DNA from: Sedimentisphaerales bacterium
Lineage (GTDB): Bacteria > Planctomycetota > Phycisphaerae > Sedimentisphaerales > Anaerobacaceae
NCBI GenBank assembly: GCA_040772485.1
Contig: JAXGYC010000009.1
Location: 352,001 to 416,000 of the forward strand
Direction: 5' to 3'
Length of the DNA: 64,000 nucleotides
The notes beneath the pieces are model-generated. The model had not been told where the DNA came from, made no database searches, and saw nothing but the letters and a program-made list of their open reading frames with translations. Shown one piece after another: positions 27,613 through 41,157 of the stretch (positions within the stretch are counted from its first letter, which is position 1; every line of letters starts with the position of its first letter). Position numbers and translations under genes: made by a program.

Positions 27613-28479
27613 ATGAAAACTGCGACAGAGCGAATCCTGCTGGTGAGCCTGATCGCTCAGACGCTTGCGGCCAGCGGGTGCTACAACTGTGCCAGGTGTC
27701 TTCGAAAGACCATGGCGGAATGCAGGATGGAGAAATCGGTTTGCGCCAGTTTTGCGCCTGGCTCGAAGCTGGTGGTGCGCGACAACGACGGCGCCATCAA
27801 TGTTCGCGCGGGCGGTGGGACCGACTGTCTTGCAACCGCCACCGTTTTCGTCCACGCACCGACAAAACGTGAGGCGGCAGAGATCGGCGAGCAGTTGGAG
27901 ATCGTCGCTCAACGGGACGCTGGGGGACTCCTCATTGCCGTTCGAAAGCCGCCGATGCCGCAGGAGCATCGCTTTGTGTCGGTGGACCTCGACATTGTCG
28001 TCCCACGATCGGCCCACGTTGATTGCGAGACCACCTTCGGTCGTGTGAGGCTCGCGGGAATCGCTGGGGATGTCAAGGTGTCAACCCAGTTGGGCAGTAT
28101 CACGTGCGAGGACATCCGTGGGTCATTGGATCTGGAGACGCAACTGGGCCGCATCACCTGCCGGGAGATCGTGGCCGAACACATTATCGCCAGCTCGCAG
28201 AAGGGGTCCATCGACATCTCGTGCGCCGATGCATGCCCGGCCGAGCTCGTCGCGGACGTGAGCACGGAGTGGGGAAAGATTCGCTTCCAGGCGCCTCCGC
28301 AATACCAGGGCGCCCTCGACCTGGAGAGTGAGATGGGCTCCGTCAAGTTGGGCAAAGACGCCGATGTGCGGGGTACCATCGAGAACTCGTTCCTGCATGA
28401 CAGGGTTTCAGGCCGGATCGGCACGGGCGCGGGCAACCTGCGTCTCTTCAGCAATCTTGGCTCTGTGGCATTGAGATAA
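27613..28479 (+). CDS. DUF4097-like beta-strand-repeat lipoprotein
   Basis: Lipobox LAASGC; repeats 'TTFGRV/TQLGSI/TQLGRI/SQKGSI/TEWGKI/SEMGSV/SNLGSV'. Confidence 0.8.
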   Translation: MKTATERILLVSLIAQTLAASGCYNCARCLRKTMAECRMEKSVCASFAPGSKLVVRDNDGAINVRAGGGTDCLATATVFVHAPTKREAAEIGEQLEIVAQRDAGGLLIAVRKPPMPQEHRFVSVDLDIVVPRSAHVDCETTFGRVRLAGIAGDVKVSTQLGSITCEDIRGSLDLETQLGRITCREIVAEHIIASSQKGSIDISCADACPAELVADVSTEWGKIRFQAPPQYQGALDLESEMGSVKLGKDADVRGTIENSFLHDRVSGRIGTGAGNLRLFSNLGSVALR

Positions 28480-28518
28480 CGTTGCGAAAGAAGAACTGAC
28501 AAGGCTAAAGGTGCTTCC

Positions 28519-30924
28519 ATGGAAACGCTGTGGCGAGACATTCGACACGGATTTCGACTCCTCTTCAGGAGTCCGGGGTACAGCCTCCTCATTGTGTTGC
28601 TTGTGGCAGTCGGCGTGGGAGGCGGCACTACCGTCTTCAGTATCGTCAATGCGTTTCTCATCCGTCCCCTTCCGTACCAGGAGCCCGACCGGATTGTCTT
28701 CCTTCATCAGCGCACCACACAGGGGGAAGCGACAGGCGTTTCCTACCTCAACTATCTCGATTGGCGCAGAGAAGCCAGGAGCTTCCAGGAGCTGGGCTGC
28801 TATGCCTTCAATTCTGTGCCTGCCGATGTTCCCGGCGGGGACCTGCCTGAGATGTGCCCTGCCGGTTTTGTCTCTGCCGGGTTCTTCCGCGTGCTCGCTG
28901 TGACGCCGTGCCTTGGGCGACTCTTCAGCGAGAATGACGACGGCTCCTCTCCCAACCCGGTCACCATGGTCAGCCATGGCTTCTGGCAACGGCATTTCGG
29001 CGCCGATCCGAACGTCATCGGAAAGTCCGTCCTGATGGCGGGCCATGCCGTCACTGTGGTCGGTGTGACGCCTCCTGGCTTTAGGTACCCTGCCTACGGA
29101 CATGAAGCGATCGACCTCTGGCTGCCTGTCGGCATCATTGCAGACCAGCTCCAGGATCGGGCGAGCAGTCCGAACATGTTCGTGCTGGGCAGACTGAAGC
29201 AGGGCACAAGCCTCTCCCAGGCGCGGGCGGAGATGGATACCATCTCCGCGCATCTCGCAACTCAGTACCCCTCCGCGAACGAAAACATGCGAGCCGAGGT
29301 GGAGTCGCTTTCCACTCAAACGGTGCAGGGGAGACAACGGGCCTTTGCTTTCATGCTCGCGGCGGTCGTCTTCGTCTTCCTGGTGACGTGCGTCAACGTG
29401 GCAGGGCTTCTGTTCGCCCGCGGCGTCACTCGCGAACGCGAGATGGCCGTTCGTTCCGCCCTCGGCGGAGCGCGTCTGGCGCTGGTGCGGCAGATGATCG
29501 TGGAAAACACTCTTCCTGCCGCCATAGGCGGCCTGATCGGTGTCCTGGCCGCAACGGGAGCGATCCGGTCGCTGGCACAGACGGATATGATCGCTTCGAT
29601 GCGGTTGCCCGAGGGTTTCTTCCGTCTGGATGAGCACGTTGTCGGGTTCGCTCTGGCGATCACTGTGCTTTCCGTACCGCTGTTCAGCCTGCTTCCTTCC
29701 CTCCTGAGTTCCAGAATTGCCGCCGCACGCGTACTGGGCTCGGAAGGGCGGAGCGTGTTTGGATCCAGGGGCCGACACGTCGTCCATGCGAGCCTGATCG
29801 GGACCGAGGTGGCATTGACGGTGGTCCTTCTCGTGGCGGCGGGTCTGATGGTTCGCAGCTTTGTCAATGTGGTGAAGGCTGATCCGGGATTCGATTCGCG
29901 AAATGCCCTGACGGCCCGTGTGGCCCTGGGGGGCAATGGGGAGAAATGCCGCGAACTGCTCGACCGTGCTCGGGCGATCCCCGGGGTGGAAAAGGTCGCT
30001 TTGTCTTTCCCGTTGTTCACCGGCTGGAAGTGGTATGCCTGTGCCGAAGGGGCGCCGGTGGCTCCGGCTGACCAACTGTCCGTTCTCTATAAGGTCGTCA
30101 GTCCCGGCTACTTCGAGACGATGGGCATTCGCCTGCTCCAGGGCCGCACGTTCAATGAAGAGGATCGCGCCGGTTCGAAACTGGTGGTTGTCGTCGATGA
30201 AACGCTGGCGAGACATTACTGGCCGCAGGGAGACGCGATCGGTAAACGCATCCAATACGGCAAGAGCCCGGATCCCAATGAGGCCTGGTTCGAGATCGTC
30301 GGTGTGGTTGCTCAGGTCAAGAACGATGGCATTGAGGGCGGCTCGGCCATGCAAGTCTATCGGCCGCTGTTTCAGCGGCCGTCTTCGACACCTACCCTGA
30401 TCCTGCGGACCGAAGGTGATCCGGGGCGAGTCGCTGCGGCCGTCAAGGATATCGTGCGCCAGATCGAACCACGCTACCCTCTCATGGACGTACAGACGCT
30501 GGAGCAGATTCAGGGCCGGTACACGGTTACGCGGCGCATGATCACATCCTTCCTGGCCGTCTTTGCGGCCGCGGCGCTGTTCCTGTCGACGGTCGGCATC
30601 TATGCGGTCACGCGGTACGTTGTCTCCCGCAGGACACAGGAGTTCGGCATACGCGTCGCGCTCGGTGCTGATGCGAAGGACATCCTCAGACTTGTGCTGG
30701 GCAGCGGTCTGTTGCCGGTGCTGATCGGTGCGGCAGCCGGTCTGGCCGGCACCGTCGTCGTGGCGCGCGTGCTGTCGAGCCTCCTGTTTCGCCTCAGTCC
30801 CTGGGACCCGCTCACGTACGGCGTCGCTTCGCTGCTGTTGGTTGCCGTGGCGCTGCTGGCGAGTTATCTCCCTGCCCGACGGGCGGCGAAGGTCGATCCG
30901 ATGGTGGCGCTGCGATACGAATGA
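28519..30924 (+). CDS. MacB/ADOP-type ABC permease P3
   Basis: 'LWRDIRHGFR' ... '[17 protein letters not shown]'. Confidence 0.92.
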   Translation: METLWRDIRHGFRLLFRSPGYSLLIVLLVAVGVGGGTTVFSIVNAFLIRPLPYQEPDRIVFLHQRTTQGEATGVSYLNYLDWRREARSFQELGCYAFNSVPADVPGGDLPEMCPAGFVSAGFFRVLAVTPCLGRLFSENDDGSSPNPVTMVSHGFWQRHFGADPNVIGKSVLMAGHAVTVVGVTPPGFRYPAYGHEAIDLWLPVGIIADQLQDRASSPNMFVLGRLKQGTSLSQARAEMDTISAHLATQYPSANENMRAEVESLSTQTVQGRQRAFAFMLAAVVFVFLVTCVNVAGLLFARGVTREREMAVRSALGGARLALVRQMIVENTLPAAIGGLIGVLAATGAIRSLAQTDMIASMRLPEGFFRLDEHVVGFALAITVLSVPLFSLLPSLLSSRIAAARVLGSEGRSVFGSRGRHVVHASLIGTEVALTVVLLVAAGLMVRSFVNVVKADPGFDSRNALTARVALGGNGEKCRELLDRARAIPGVEKVALSFPLFTGWKWYACAEGAPVAPADQLSVLYKVVSPGYFETMGIRLLQGRTFNEEDRAGSKLVVVVDETLARHYWPQGDAIGKRIQYGKSPDPNEAWFEIVGVVAQVKNDGIEGGSAMQVYRPLFQRPSSTPTLILRTEGDPGRVAAAVKDIVRQIEPRYPLMDVQTLEQIQGRYTVTRRMITSFLAVFAAAALFLSTVGIYAVTRYVVSRRTQEFGIRVALGADAKDILRLVLGSGLLPVLIGAAAGLAGTVVVARVLSSLLFRLSPWDPLTYGVASLLLVAVALLASYLPARRAAKVDPMVALRYE

Positions 30925-30980
30925 GAGTCGTGGCGATTGGCGGTTCGCTATGGATGATTCACGGTGTGAAGAGGACTAGA

Positions 30981-33398
30981 ATGAGTACCTTTTACAGCGA
31001 CATCAGATGTGGGGTTCGGCAGTTGATCAAGTCCCCCGGCCTGAGCGTGCTGGCCGTTTTGATCCTGGCCTTGGGCATAGGGACATGTGCCACTATGTTC
31101 GGGTTCGTCAACACCTTCCTGTTGAGCCGCCTGCCCTTTGACGACGCGGAGCGACTGGTCGCCTTGCAGGCATCGAATACGCGATCGGGAAATCCCTGCT
31201 GTGTATCGTTCCCCGACTTCCTGGACTGGCAGGAACAGAACCGGAGCCTGGAGGCCATGGCCTTCTACCAGATGGACAACGCCACGTTGAGCGTTTCCGG
31301 CACACCGGAGAAGATCAAGGTGACGCACGTTACGGCGGATCTCTTGCCCATACTCGGCGTCCGACCGGCGGCAGGGCGACTGTTCACGCCTCAAGACGAT
31401 CAGCCCCAGGCGCCCATGACGGCATTACTCAGCCACGGCCTTTGGCAGCGTCGCTTCGGATCGCAGCCTGATGTGGTGGGCCAAGCCATTGAATTGGATG
31501 GCCAGAGCGCCACGGTGATCGGGGTCTTGCCGGCCGGTTTTGTTTTTCCGACATGGTCCAGGGATCAGGGGGAGCTCTGGCAGCCGTTGCGGCCTTGGAT
31601 GGAGAGGCCCGATCACCGCTGGCTTCTGGTTCGGGGAGCCTCCGGCAACAGTGGCAGCATCGGCAAGCTGAAGCCCGGCGTCACCATAGCCCAGGCTCGT
31701 GCCGACATGGATGTCATTGCCCGGCAATTGGAACAGAAGTACCCCGAGAGCAATCGGGACTCAGGCGTATACCTTACAGGACTTCGGGATCACATGGTGC
31801 GTACGCTCAAGCCCGTGATTCTCTTGCTGACCGGGGCTGTGGCTCTGGTCCTCTTGATCGTCTGTGCCAACACGGCCAATTTCCTGCTCCTGCGATCGGC
31901 GGAGCGGATACAGGAATTCTCCGTGCGGTCGGCCCTGGGGGCCGGGCAGTGGCACATCGTTCGCCAAATCGTGTGCCAAAGCCTGGTTCTGGTGACAGTG
32001 GGCGGATTTGTGGGAATCCTGTTGGCCCTGGCAGGCAACAAGCTGCTCTTCGCCCTGTTCCCGGCACATCTCCAGTCCAGGGAGGTGGCCTTCATGTTAC
32101 TCAGAAGCTACTCTCTACTGTTCACCCTGGGCCTGATCGTCGCGACCGCCCTGGTTTCCTCTCTGGCATCCGTCCTGCACATCTGCCGGTCCAACCTGAC
32201 CGGGCAGATCCGGTCTCAGCATCGCACCACAACCAATCGTCGCGGGCATCGGCTACGTGACAGCCTGGTAGTGGCCGAGATCGCCCTGGCCCTCATCCTT
32301 TTGGTGGGCGCCGGACTCCTGCTGAACAGCTTCATCCACTATATGAGAACCGATCGCGGTTTCGATCCGGACCATGTGGTGGCGTTGCGTCTGTCGTTGC
32401 CCGACCAGGCCGAGCGACGTGAGTCCTTTTGCAGACAGCTCTTGGATCAAGTTGATGCTCTTCCGGGGGTCAAATACGCCGGCCTTAGCTCCGGCCTTCT
32501 CGACAGGTATCTGAGCACCAGTTGCTATACGGTGGAAGGGGCGCCTGCACCGGAGCTTGGCCAGCACTTCTGGGTCCATTACTTCGACGTAACCCCGGAA
32601 TTCTTTCAAGCCATGGGTATGCGTCTCGTACAGGGTCGCTACTTTACGGAATGGGACACGAACGACGACATCGTGATAGTGGATCAGGCATTTGTCGAGA
32701 AGTGGTGGCCCGATGAGGACCCGATCGGCCGGCACATCAACTTCTTCGACGGCAGAAAGGAAGTCATCGGCGTTGTCGGTCATGTCAAACAAAGGGGGGT
32801 AGACAAGGAATGCTACCCCTGTCTCTATCAGACCGGTCATCGCGTGTGGTCTGTGAGTTTCGACAGATCCCTGGTGGTGCGCACTCAGACGAATCCAACC
32901 GACATTGTCGCCCCCATCCGGCAGATCATTACCCAACTCGATGCGACTGTACCCATTTTCGAAATCCAGACCGTGCACCAGATCATGAACGACCAGTCGC
33001 GACTCCGTCGGGTCAGCGCGGGTGTCCTGGGCGGATTTGCCTTCATCGCGTTGCTCCTGTCGGCGTTGGGCATTTACGGGATCATGGCCTATGCCGTGGT
33101 CCAGCGCACCCAGGAAATCGGCATCCGCATGGCACTCGGCGCCCGAGCATGGGATGTCCTCCGGATCATTCTCGCCCACGGCTCAAAACTGACCATCATG
33201 GGTGTTAGCCTGGGTCTGTTAGGAACCATCGCACTGGGCGGGTTGATTCGACACTATCTCTTCGGCGTCACAGCCCACGACCCGATCACTTTCCTTTGTG
33301 TCATAGCGGTCCTGGTTGCAGCCGCTCTATTGGCCTGTTACGTCCCTGCTCGTCGGGCGGCGAGGATCGATCCGATGGTGGCACTGAGGTGCGAATGA
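30981..33398 (+). CDS. MacB/ADOP-type ABC permease P4
   Basis: 'FYSDIRCGVRQL' ... '[17 protein letters not shown]'; ATG 30981 follows GAGGA. Confidence 0.92.
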   Translation: MSTFYSDIRCGVRQLIKSPGLSVLAVLILALGIGTCATMFGFVNTFLLSRLPFDDAERLVALQASNTRSGNPCCVSFPDFLDWQEQNRSLEAMAFYQMDNATLSVSGTPEKIKVTHVTADLLPILGVRPAAGRLFTPQDDQPQAPMTALLSHGLWQRRFGSQPDVVGQAIELDGQSATVIGVLPAGFVFPTWSRDQGELWQPLRPWMERPDHRWLLVRGASGNSGSIGKLKPGVTIAQARADMDVIARQLEQKYPESNRDSGVYLTGLRDHMVRTLKPVILLLTGAVALVLLIVCANTANFLLLRSAERIQEFSVRSALGAGQWHIVRQIVCQSLVLVTVGGFVGILLALAGNKLLFALFPAHLQSREVAFMLLRSYSLLFTLGLIVATALVSSLASVLHICRSNLTGQIRSQHRTTTNRRGHRLRDSLVVAEIALALILLVGAGLLLNSFIHYMRTDRGFDPDHVVALRLSLPDQAERRESFCRQLLDQVDALPGVKYAGLSSGLLDRYLSTSCYTVEGAPAPELGQHFWVHYFDVTPEFFQAMGMRLVQGRYFTEWDTNDDIVIVDQAFVEKWWPDEDPIGRHINFFDGRKEVIGVVGHVKQRGVDKECYPCLYQTGHRVWSVSFDRSLVVRTQTNPTDIVAPIRQIITQLDATVPIFEIQTVHQIMNDQSRLRRVSAGVLGGFAFIALLLSALGIYGIMAYAVVQRTQEIGIRMALGARAWDVLRIILAHGSKLTIMGVSLGLLGTIALGGLIRHYLFGVTAHDPITFLCVIAVLVAAALLACYVPARRAARIDPMVALRCE

Positions 33399-33502
33399 GA
33401 GGAGAGTCAACAGTGGGCAGTTTGCAGTTGGCAGCAAGAAGCGACGGCTGTGAACCGGCAACTGGGAACTGACAACTGTCAACTGAGAACTGGAGTTCAG
33501 CA
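33399..33502 (+). repeat. Inverted-heptamer junction element J7
   Basis: aacagtg ggcagtt tgcagtt ggcag...aaccggc aactggg aactgac aactgtc aactgag aactgga g. Confidence 0.85.
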
Positions 33503-35980
33503 ATGACGACCTTGTGGCAAGACGTTCGGTACGGCCTGCGGACGCTGGCCAAATCGCCCGGCTTCACGGCCGTGGCGGTGGTTTCCCTGGCCCTGGCCAT
33601 AGGGGCCGACACCGCCGTGTTCAGTCTGTACAACTCGGTGATGCTCAAGCCGCTGCCCGTGCGGAATCCCGGACAACTGCGCGTGCTCACCTGGAGGGGC
33701 GATATCAGAACCCAAGTCACCTACTGTCGCGTCTTTCTCCTGCCGACAGGAGAGACCTCAGGAAACGTCGTTTCCTATCCTCTCTACCGCACACTGCGGG
33801 AGAAGACAACCGCCGTAGCGGACCTGTTCGCATTCTCCGAGTTCAGTCTCTTTGACCCACTGACTGTCGGGGTAGGGACCGAAACGTTCACCGCCCCGGG
33901 CTTGATCGTCTCCGGCAACTTCTTCGAGGGATTGGGGCTCCGTGCGCACGCAGGCCGGACAATTGCCCCGGACGATGACCGATCGGAAGCGGAGCCGGTT
34001 GCGGTGATCTCCCACGCCGCCTGGCAGCGATGTTTCAAGGGCGACCTGCAGGCCATTGGGCGGACGGTGCTTCTCAATCGGCACGGCTTCACGATCATCG
34101 GCGTTTTGCCCCAGGGCTTTCTCGGACCGGTGGGCGGCAGCCGATGCGACTTCTACGTGCCCATGTCTGCCCAGGCCTTGGTTCGACCCGATTGTCCCCT
34201 GGCCGCCTCCAGTCCCTGGTGGGTCCAAGTCATGGCTCGGTTGTCACCGGCGGCCAATGAGGAGCAGTTCGCGACGATGGTGAATGGGCTGTTTGCGCAG
34301 GCGGTCGCGGCCGAGGGCCTGAAGGGTTCGGACAAACCGGTTCGCATGGTGGTCGAAGACGGCAGCGGCGGACCTCGGGAACCGCGACAGTCTCTGACCA
34401 AGTCCCTTCCTATTCTGATGGGGATCGTCGGCATCGTACTGTTGGTCGCCTGTGCCAATCTGGCCTCGCTCCTGTTGGCGCGGAGTGCGTCCAGGCGGCA
34501 GGAAATGGCGGTGCGTGCAGCCCTGGGCGCAGGTCAGGGGCGACTGCTGCGACAGTGTCTCACAGAGAGCGTGCTCGTGTCGTTCGCCGGCACCGTCGGA
34601 GGGCTGCTGTTGGCCACGTGGGCAAGACAGATTCTCCTTCGTTTGTTCTGGCCCTCGCAGGTGGTCGTTGATCTGCGCAACGACGCCCGAGTCCTGGGCT
34701 TCACCACGATGATCTGCGTGGCGTCGACGCTGCTGTTCGGTTTGCTGCCGGCCTTGCGAGCCAGCCGCATCCAACCGGGCGCCTTCCTGAAGGAACGGGC
34801 ATCAGGCGGCCTGTCGCGTATGCGGGTCGGCACGTGTATGGTTTCGATCCAGACGGCGCTGTCGCTCTTGTTGCTGGTGGGGGCAGGACTCTTTGTGCGG
34901 ACGCTCGCGAATCTCTATCGTGTCGAGACCGGATTCAACACGAACAATCTCCTGGTCTTCAAGCTGGATGGGCACAAAGCCGGCTTGAAGGGGCAGCGAC
35001 TGGCGGATTGCTACGAACAGGTTCGCGCGTCCATCGCCGCACTGCCGGGCGTGCAGGCCGTCGCTAACTCGAATATCCTGCTGCTGAGCCGCTGGATGAA
35101 CAACAGCCAGGCACAGATCTCGGGCCGCTCTCAGGATGAGTCGATGCCGATTCTCGGATTGTCCGTCAGTGATTCGTTTCTCTCGACCATGGGGATTCCT
35201 CTGCTGCTCGGGCGCGGCTTCAGCCCCTCCGATGATGAGGCTGGCCCGCGAGTCATTCTCGTGAACGAGACCTTGACCCATCGGGCCTTCCCTGACGAAA
35301 ACCCCGTAGGCAAGAGCCTGACCATCAATGGGCGTGATCACGAGATCGTCGGAGTGTTCGGAGACATCACCTACGCTGACTTGAAGAGGGCCGTCGAGCC
35401 CACGGTCTTCTATCCATACCGCCAAGACACGGAATCAATCGGGAGAATGTTCTACGAGGTGAGAACCGCCTCCGACCCCATGGCTTTGGTTGCGAGCATA
35501 CGAAAGGTTGTGGCAGGCGTCGACCGCATTCTCCCGATGGCGGAGATCAAGACCCAGGCAATTCAACTGGACGAATCCATCGCGCAGGAGCGGTCCTTTG
35601 CCATGCTCGCTTCGGGCCTGGCTCTGATGGCGGTGCTGCTCTCGTGGATTGGCCTCTATAGTGTGATGGCCTATGACGTCACTCGGCGGACCGGCGAAAT
35701 CGGAATTCGCATGGCCTTGGGCGCAACGCCACGGAGGGTGGCTTGGCCCATCCTTCGTGGCTCCTTGCTGACTGCTGTTGCGGGAGTGGCTTTGGGTCTC
35801 CCGGCGGCGGTGGCCGGTGCGAGAATCGTGCGAAGCTACCTTTTCGGCGTCGAGTCTCACGATCCCGTCACGATGGGTGTTGCGGTCGTTTTGTTGTTGG
35901 CCATCGCGATGCTGGCAGCCTGGGTCCCCGCCCGACGGGCGGCGAAGGTCGATCCGATGGTGGCGTTGCGGCATGAATGA
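33503..35980 (+). CDS. MacB/ADOP-type ABC permease P5
   Basis: Family motifs at both termini and both FtsX-like halves. Confidence 0.92.
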   Translation: MTTLWQDVRYGLRTLAKSPGFTAVAVVSLALAIGADTAVFSLYNSVMLKPLPVRNPGQLRVLTWRGDIRTQVTYCRVFLLPTGETSGNVVSYPLYRTLREKTTAVADLFAFSEFSLFDPLTVGVGTETFTAPGLIVSGNFFEGLGLRAHAGRTIAPDDDRSEAEPVAVISHAAWQRCFKGDLQAIGRTVLLNRHGFTIIGVLPQGFLGPVGGSRCDFYVPMSAQALVRPDCPLAASSPWWVQVMARLSPAANEEQFATMVNGLFAQAVAAEGLKGSDKPVRMVVEDGSGGPREPRQSLTKSLPILMGIVGIVLLVACANLASLLLARSASRRQEMAVRAALGAGQGRLLRQCLTESVLVSFAGTVGGLLLATWARQILLRLFWPSQVVVDLRNDARVLGFTTMICVASTLLFGLLPALRASRIQPGAFLKERASGGLSRMRVGTCMVSIQTALSLLLLVGAGLFVRTLANLYRVETGFNTNNLLVFKLDGHKAGLKGQRLADCYEQVRASIAALPGVQAVANSNILLLSRWMNNSQAQISGRSQDESMPILGLSVSDSFLSTMGIPLLLGRGFSPSDDEAGPRVILVNETLTHRAFPDENPVGKSLTINGRDHEIVGVFGDITYADLKRAVEPTVFYPYRQDTESIGRMFYEVRTASDPMALVASIRKVVAGVDRILPMAEIKTQAIQLDESIAQERSFAMLASGLALMAVLLSWIGLYSVMAYDVTRRTGEIGIRMALGATPRRVAWPILRGSLLTAVAGVALGLPAAVAGARIVRSYLFGVESHDPVTMGVAVVLLLAIAMLAAWVPARRAAKVDPMVALRHE

Positions 35981-36088
35981 GAACGAGTTGACGGTTCACG
36001 GTTGGCCCGCCCGAGGCGGGTCGGCCGGGGAACCAGGAACCTGCGAACTGGGAACCGACAACCGGGAACTGAGAACTGGAGTCATGCA
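35981..36088 (+). repeat. Inverted-heptamer junction element J8 (with mini-palindrome insert)
   Basis: gaacgagttgacggttcacggttgg[cccgcccgaggcgg]gtcggccggggaaccaggaacctgcg...aactggagtcatgca. Confidence 0.9.
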
Positions 36089-38509
<2,421 letters not shown>

Positions 38510-38631
38510 GAACGAGTTGACGGTTCACGGTTGGTCCGCCCGAGGCGGGTCGACCGGGGAACCAGGAACCTGCGAACTGGGAACCGACAACTGACAACCG
38601 GCAACTGTGAACTGTGAACTGGAGTCATGCA
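38510..38631 (+). repeat. Inverted-heptamer junction element J9 (with mini-palindrome insert)
   Basis: Near copy of J8 with two extra heptamers. Confidence 0.9.
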
Positions 38632-41058
38632 ATGACGACGTTGTGGCAAGACATTCGGTACGGCGTTCGCATGCTGCGTAAGAATCCAGGCTTTGCGGCT
38701 GTGGTCGTCCTTATCCTGGCGGTGGGCATTGGCGCCAATACGGCGGTGTTCAGCGTGGTCAACGCGGTGGTGCTCAGACCCCTGCCTTACCGGGATGCGG
38801 ATCATATCGTCGCGCTCTGGGAGCAGTCGAAATGGGGTGGGCGGCCCCCATCGCACCAGGATTTCCTGACGTGGTATCGACAGAGTCAGGTCTTCGAGGA
38901 GGTCGCGGCGTATGCCCGGCAGCGCTTCTACGTTGTCGGTATCGACAAGTCGCGTGAGGTCTGGGCCAATCCGGTGTCGGCGAATCTCCTGCCTTTGCTG
39001 GGAGTCAACCCCTTGCTGGGCCGAGTGTTCCGGCCAGAGGAAGAACAGCCGGGGAACGACCAGGTGGTCGTCCTGAGCCATCGCTTCTGGACCGATCGTC
39101 TGGGCGCCGACCCGAACGTCCTTGGCAGAACGCTCAGTCTGACCAGCGATGAGATGAACCGCGACACCAGCCTGAGTTTCGACCGCAGGGACTATACCAT
39201 TGTCGGTGTCATGCCCGCCGATTTCGAGTTTCCTTTCGAGCGTCCGGCGCCGTTCTGGGTGCCGCTGGTCTTCCAGCGCGACTCCTACTGGGAGGAGGGC
39301 CGGCCGGTGCGTCCGATTGCCCGGCTCAAGCGTGCCGTCACCTTGGAGCAGGCGCGCGCAGCGATGGCCGTGCTCTCCGAACAAGCGAAGCAAGCCCAAC
39401 CCAAGACTCGCGCCGACCGCAAGATCGAACTCGATCGGATGCAGAACCGCGTGCTCGCAGGCAAGACCCACGGGCTCCTGTTGCTGCTCGGCGCCGCGGG
39501 ATTCGTGCTGCTGATCGCCTGCGGCAACGTCGCCAACCTGTTCATGACGCGCGCTGCGGCACGACAACAGGAATTGGCCACGCGCATGGTCCTGGGGGCT
39601 TCGCGCGGTCGGGTCCTGCAACAGATGCTGACCGAAAGCCTGCTGCTGACCACCGCCGCCGGCCTGGCGGGACTGCTGCTGACCTTTCTGACCGTCAAAG
39701 CGATCGTGGGTCTCTGCCCCGCAGATATCCCGCGCCTGGAACAGGCGAGCGTGGACGGAACGGTCCTCGGCTTTACCCTCGGCATTTCCATTCTCACCGG
39801 CTTGCTGTTTGGCACGATGCCCGCCTGGAGGATGGTGGACACGCGCGCGAGCCAGAGCCTCAAGAGCGGGTGGACACGACCCTGGATCACACGGCAGGGA
39901 CGCAGACTGCGCGGCAGCCTGGTCGTCCTGCAGATCGCTCTCTCGCTGATCCTCCTGGTCGGCGCGACCCTGCTGATTCGCAGCTTGATCGCACTGCACC
40001 ACATGGACCTCGGCTTTCGACCCGAGAACGTGCTGACAGCTCACATTGAGCTGCCGGCGGCGAAGTACCCCGACGGCAAGCACTGCCAGGTGTTCTATGA
40101 CGAGTTGATCGAGCGCGTCCGTCGTCTTCCACACGTGCGCTCGGCGGCGCTGGTGCGTGCCTCCCTTCAACTGGGTGAGATGGAAGGAGAACTGTCGTTC
40201 TCTGTTCCAGGCCACCCTGTGCCCGACGGCCAAGAGCTCCCTATGGCCAAATGGTCCTGTATCAGTCCCGGTTTTTTCCAGACACTGGGCATTCCCATCG
40301 TCAAAGGCCGGGATCTTACGGAGCAGGACCATGCCGATCACATCGTAGTCGATGAGACTCTGGCAAACCGATACTTCCCTGAGGATGATCCCATTGGCCG
40401 CGTCCTTGTCCAGGAGGGGTACGAGTTGACAATCGTGGGAGTCGCGCGCACGACCCGGGATTTCCTGACACCCGACCCGCCCGAAGGAACCATTTACATG
40501 CATCTGGCCGCGAGTTTTCCGGACATGATCTTCCTGGTGCGAACGGACGACGACCCGATACGATTCGCTCCGCTGCTGCGTCAGCAGATCGGAGCCCTGA
40601 GCCAGGAGGAGGTCGTTACCCGGATGGAAACGCTGGAGACAACTCTCTCTGACAGTCTGGCGGCGCGCCGCTTCGTCATGATCCTGCTCGGCGTATTTGC
40701 CGCCATGGCGCTGGTCGTTGCGATGATCGGCATATATGGCCTGCTCCAATACAGCACCACCCAGCAGACGCACGACATCGGCGTTCGCATGGCGCTGGGG
40801 GCCCGAGAAAGGGACGTTCTGACGGCCGTGCTGGGCCAGGGAGTCCGACTGGCCCTCATCGGTGTGGCGGTCGGCACGATCGGTGCGTTGGCTTTGACGC
40901 GGGTCCTTTCCAGCCTGCTATACGACGTGACTCCGACCGACCCGGCGACGCTGACGTTTGTCTCTGTCGCCTTGGTGGTCACGGCGTTGCTGGCCAGTCA
41001 TCTACCGGCCCGCCGGGCCGCGAAGATCGATCCGATGGAGGCGCTGCGCTATGAATGA
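38632..41058 (+). CDS. MacB/ADOP-type ABC permease P7
   Basis: MTTLWQD start; family motifs. Confidence 0.92.
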   Translation: MTTLWQDIRYGVRMLRKNPGFAAVVVLILAVGIGANTAVFSVVNAVVLRPLPYRDADHIVALWEQSKWGGRPPSHQDFLTWYRQSQVFEEVAAYARQRFYVVGIDKSREVWANPVSANLLPLLGVNPLLGRVFRPEEEQPGNDQVVVLSHRFWTDRLGADPNVLGRTLSLTSDEMNRDTSLSFDRRDYTIVGVMPADFEFPFERPAPFWVPLVFQRDSYWEEGRPVRPIARLKRAVTLEQARAAMAVLSEQAKQAQPKTRADRKIELDRMQNRVLAGKTHGLLLLLGAAGFVLLIACGNVANLFMTRAAARQQELATRMVLGASRGRVLQQMLTESLLLTTAAGLAGLLLTFLTVKAIVGLCPADIPRLEQASVDGTVLGFTLGISILTGLLFGTMPAWRMVDTRASQSLKSGWTRPWITRQGRRLRGSLVVLQIALSLILLVGATLLIRSLIALHHMDLGFRPENVLTAHIELPAAKYPDGKHCQVFYDELIERVRRLPHVRSAALVRASLQLGEMEGELSFSVPGHPVPDGQELPMAKWSCISPGFFQTLGIPIVKGRDLTEQDHADHIVVDETLANRYFPEDDPIGRVLVQEGYELTIVGVARTTRDFLTPDPPEGTIYMHLAASFPDMIFLVRTDDDPIRFAPLLRQQIGALSQEEVVTRMETLETTLSDSLAARRFVMILLGVFAAMALVVAMIGIYGLLQYSTTQQTHDIGVRMALGARERDVLTAVLGQGVRLALIGVAVGTIGALALTRVLSSLLYDVTPTDPATLTFVSVALVVTALLASHLPARRAAKIDPMEALRYE

Positions 41059-41157
41059 GAACGAGTTGACGGTTCACGGTTGGCAGTTGTCGGCCGGGGA
41101 ACCAGGAACCTGCGAACTGAGAACTGGGAACTGTGAACCGAGAACTGGAGTCACGCT
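41059..41157 (+). repeat. Inverted-heptamer junction element J10
   Basis: Same core ccggggaaccaggaacctgc as J8/J9/J13/J14 (J2 has one G fewer). Confidence 0.9.
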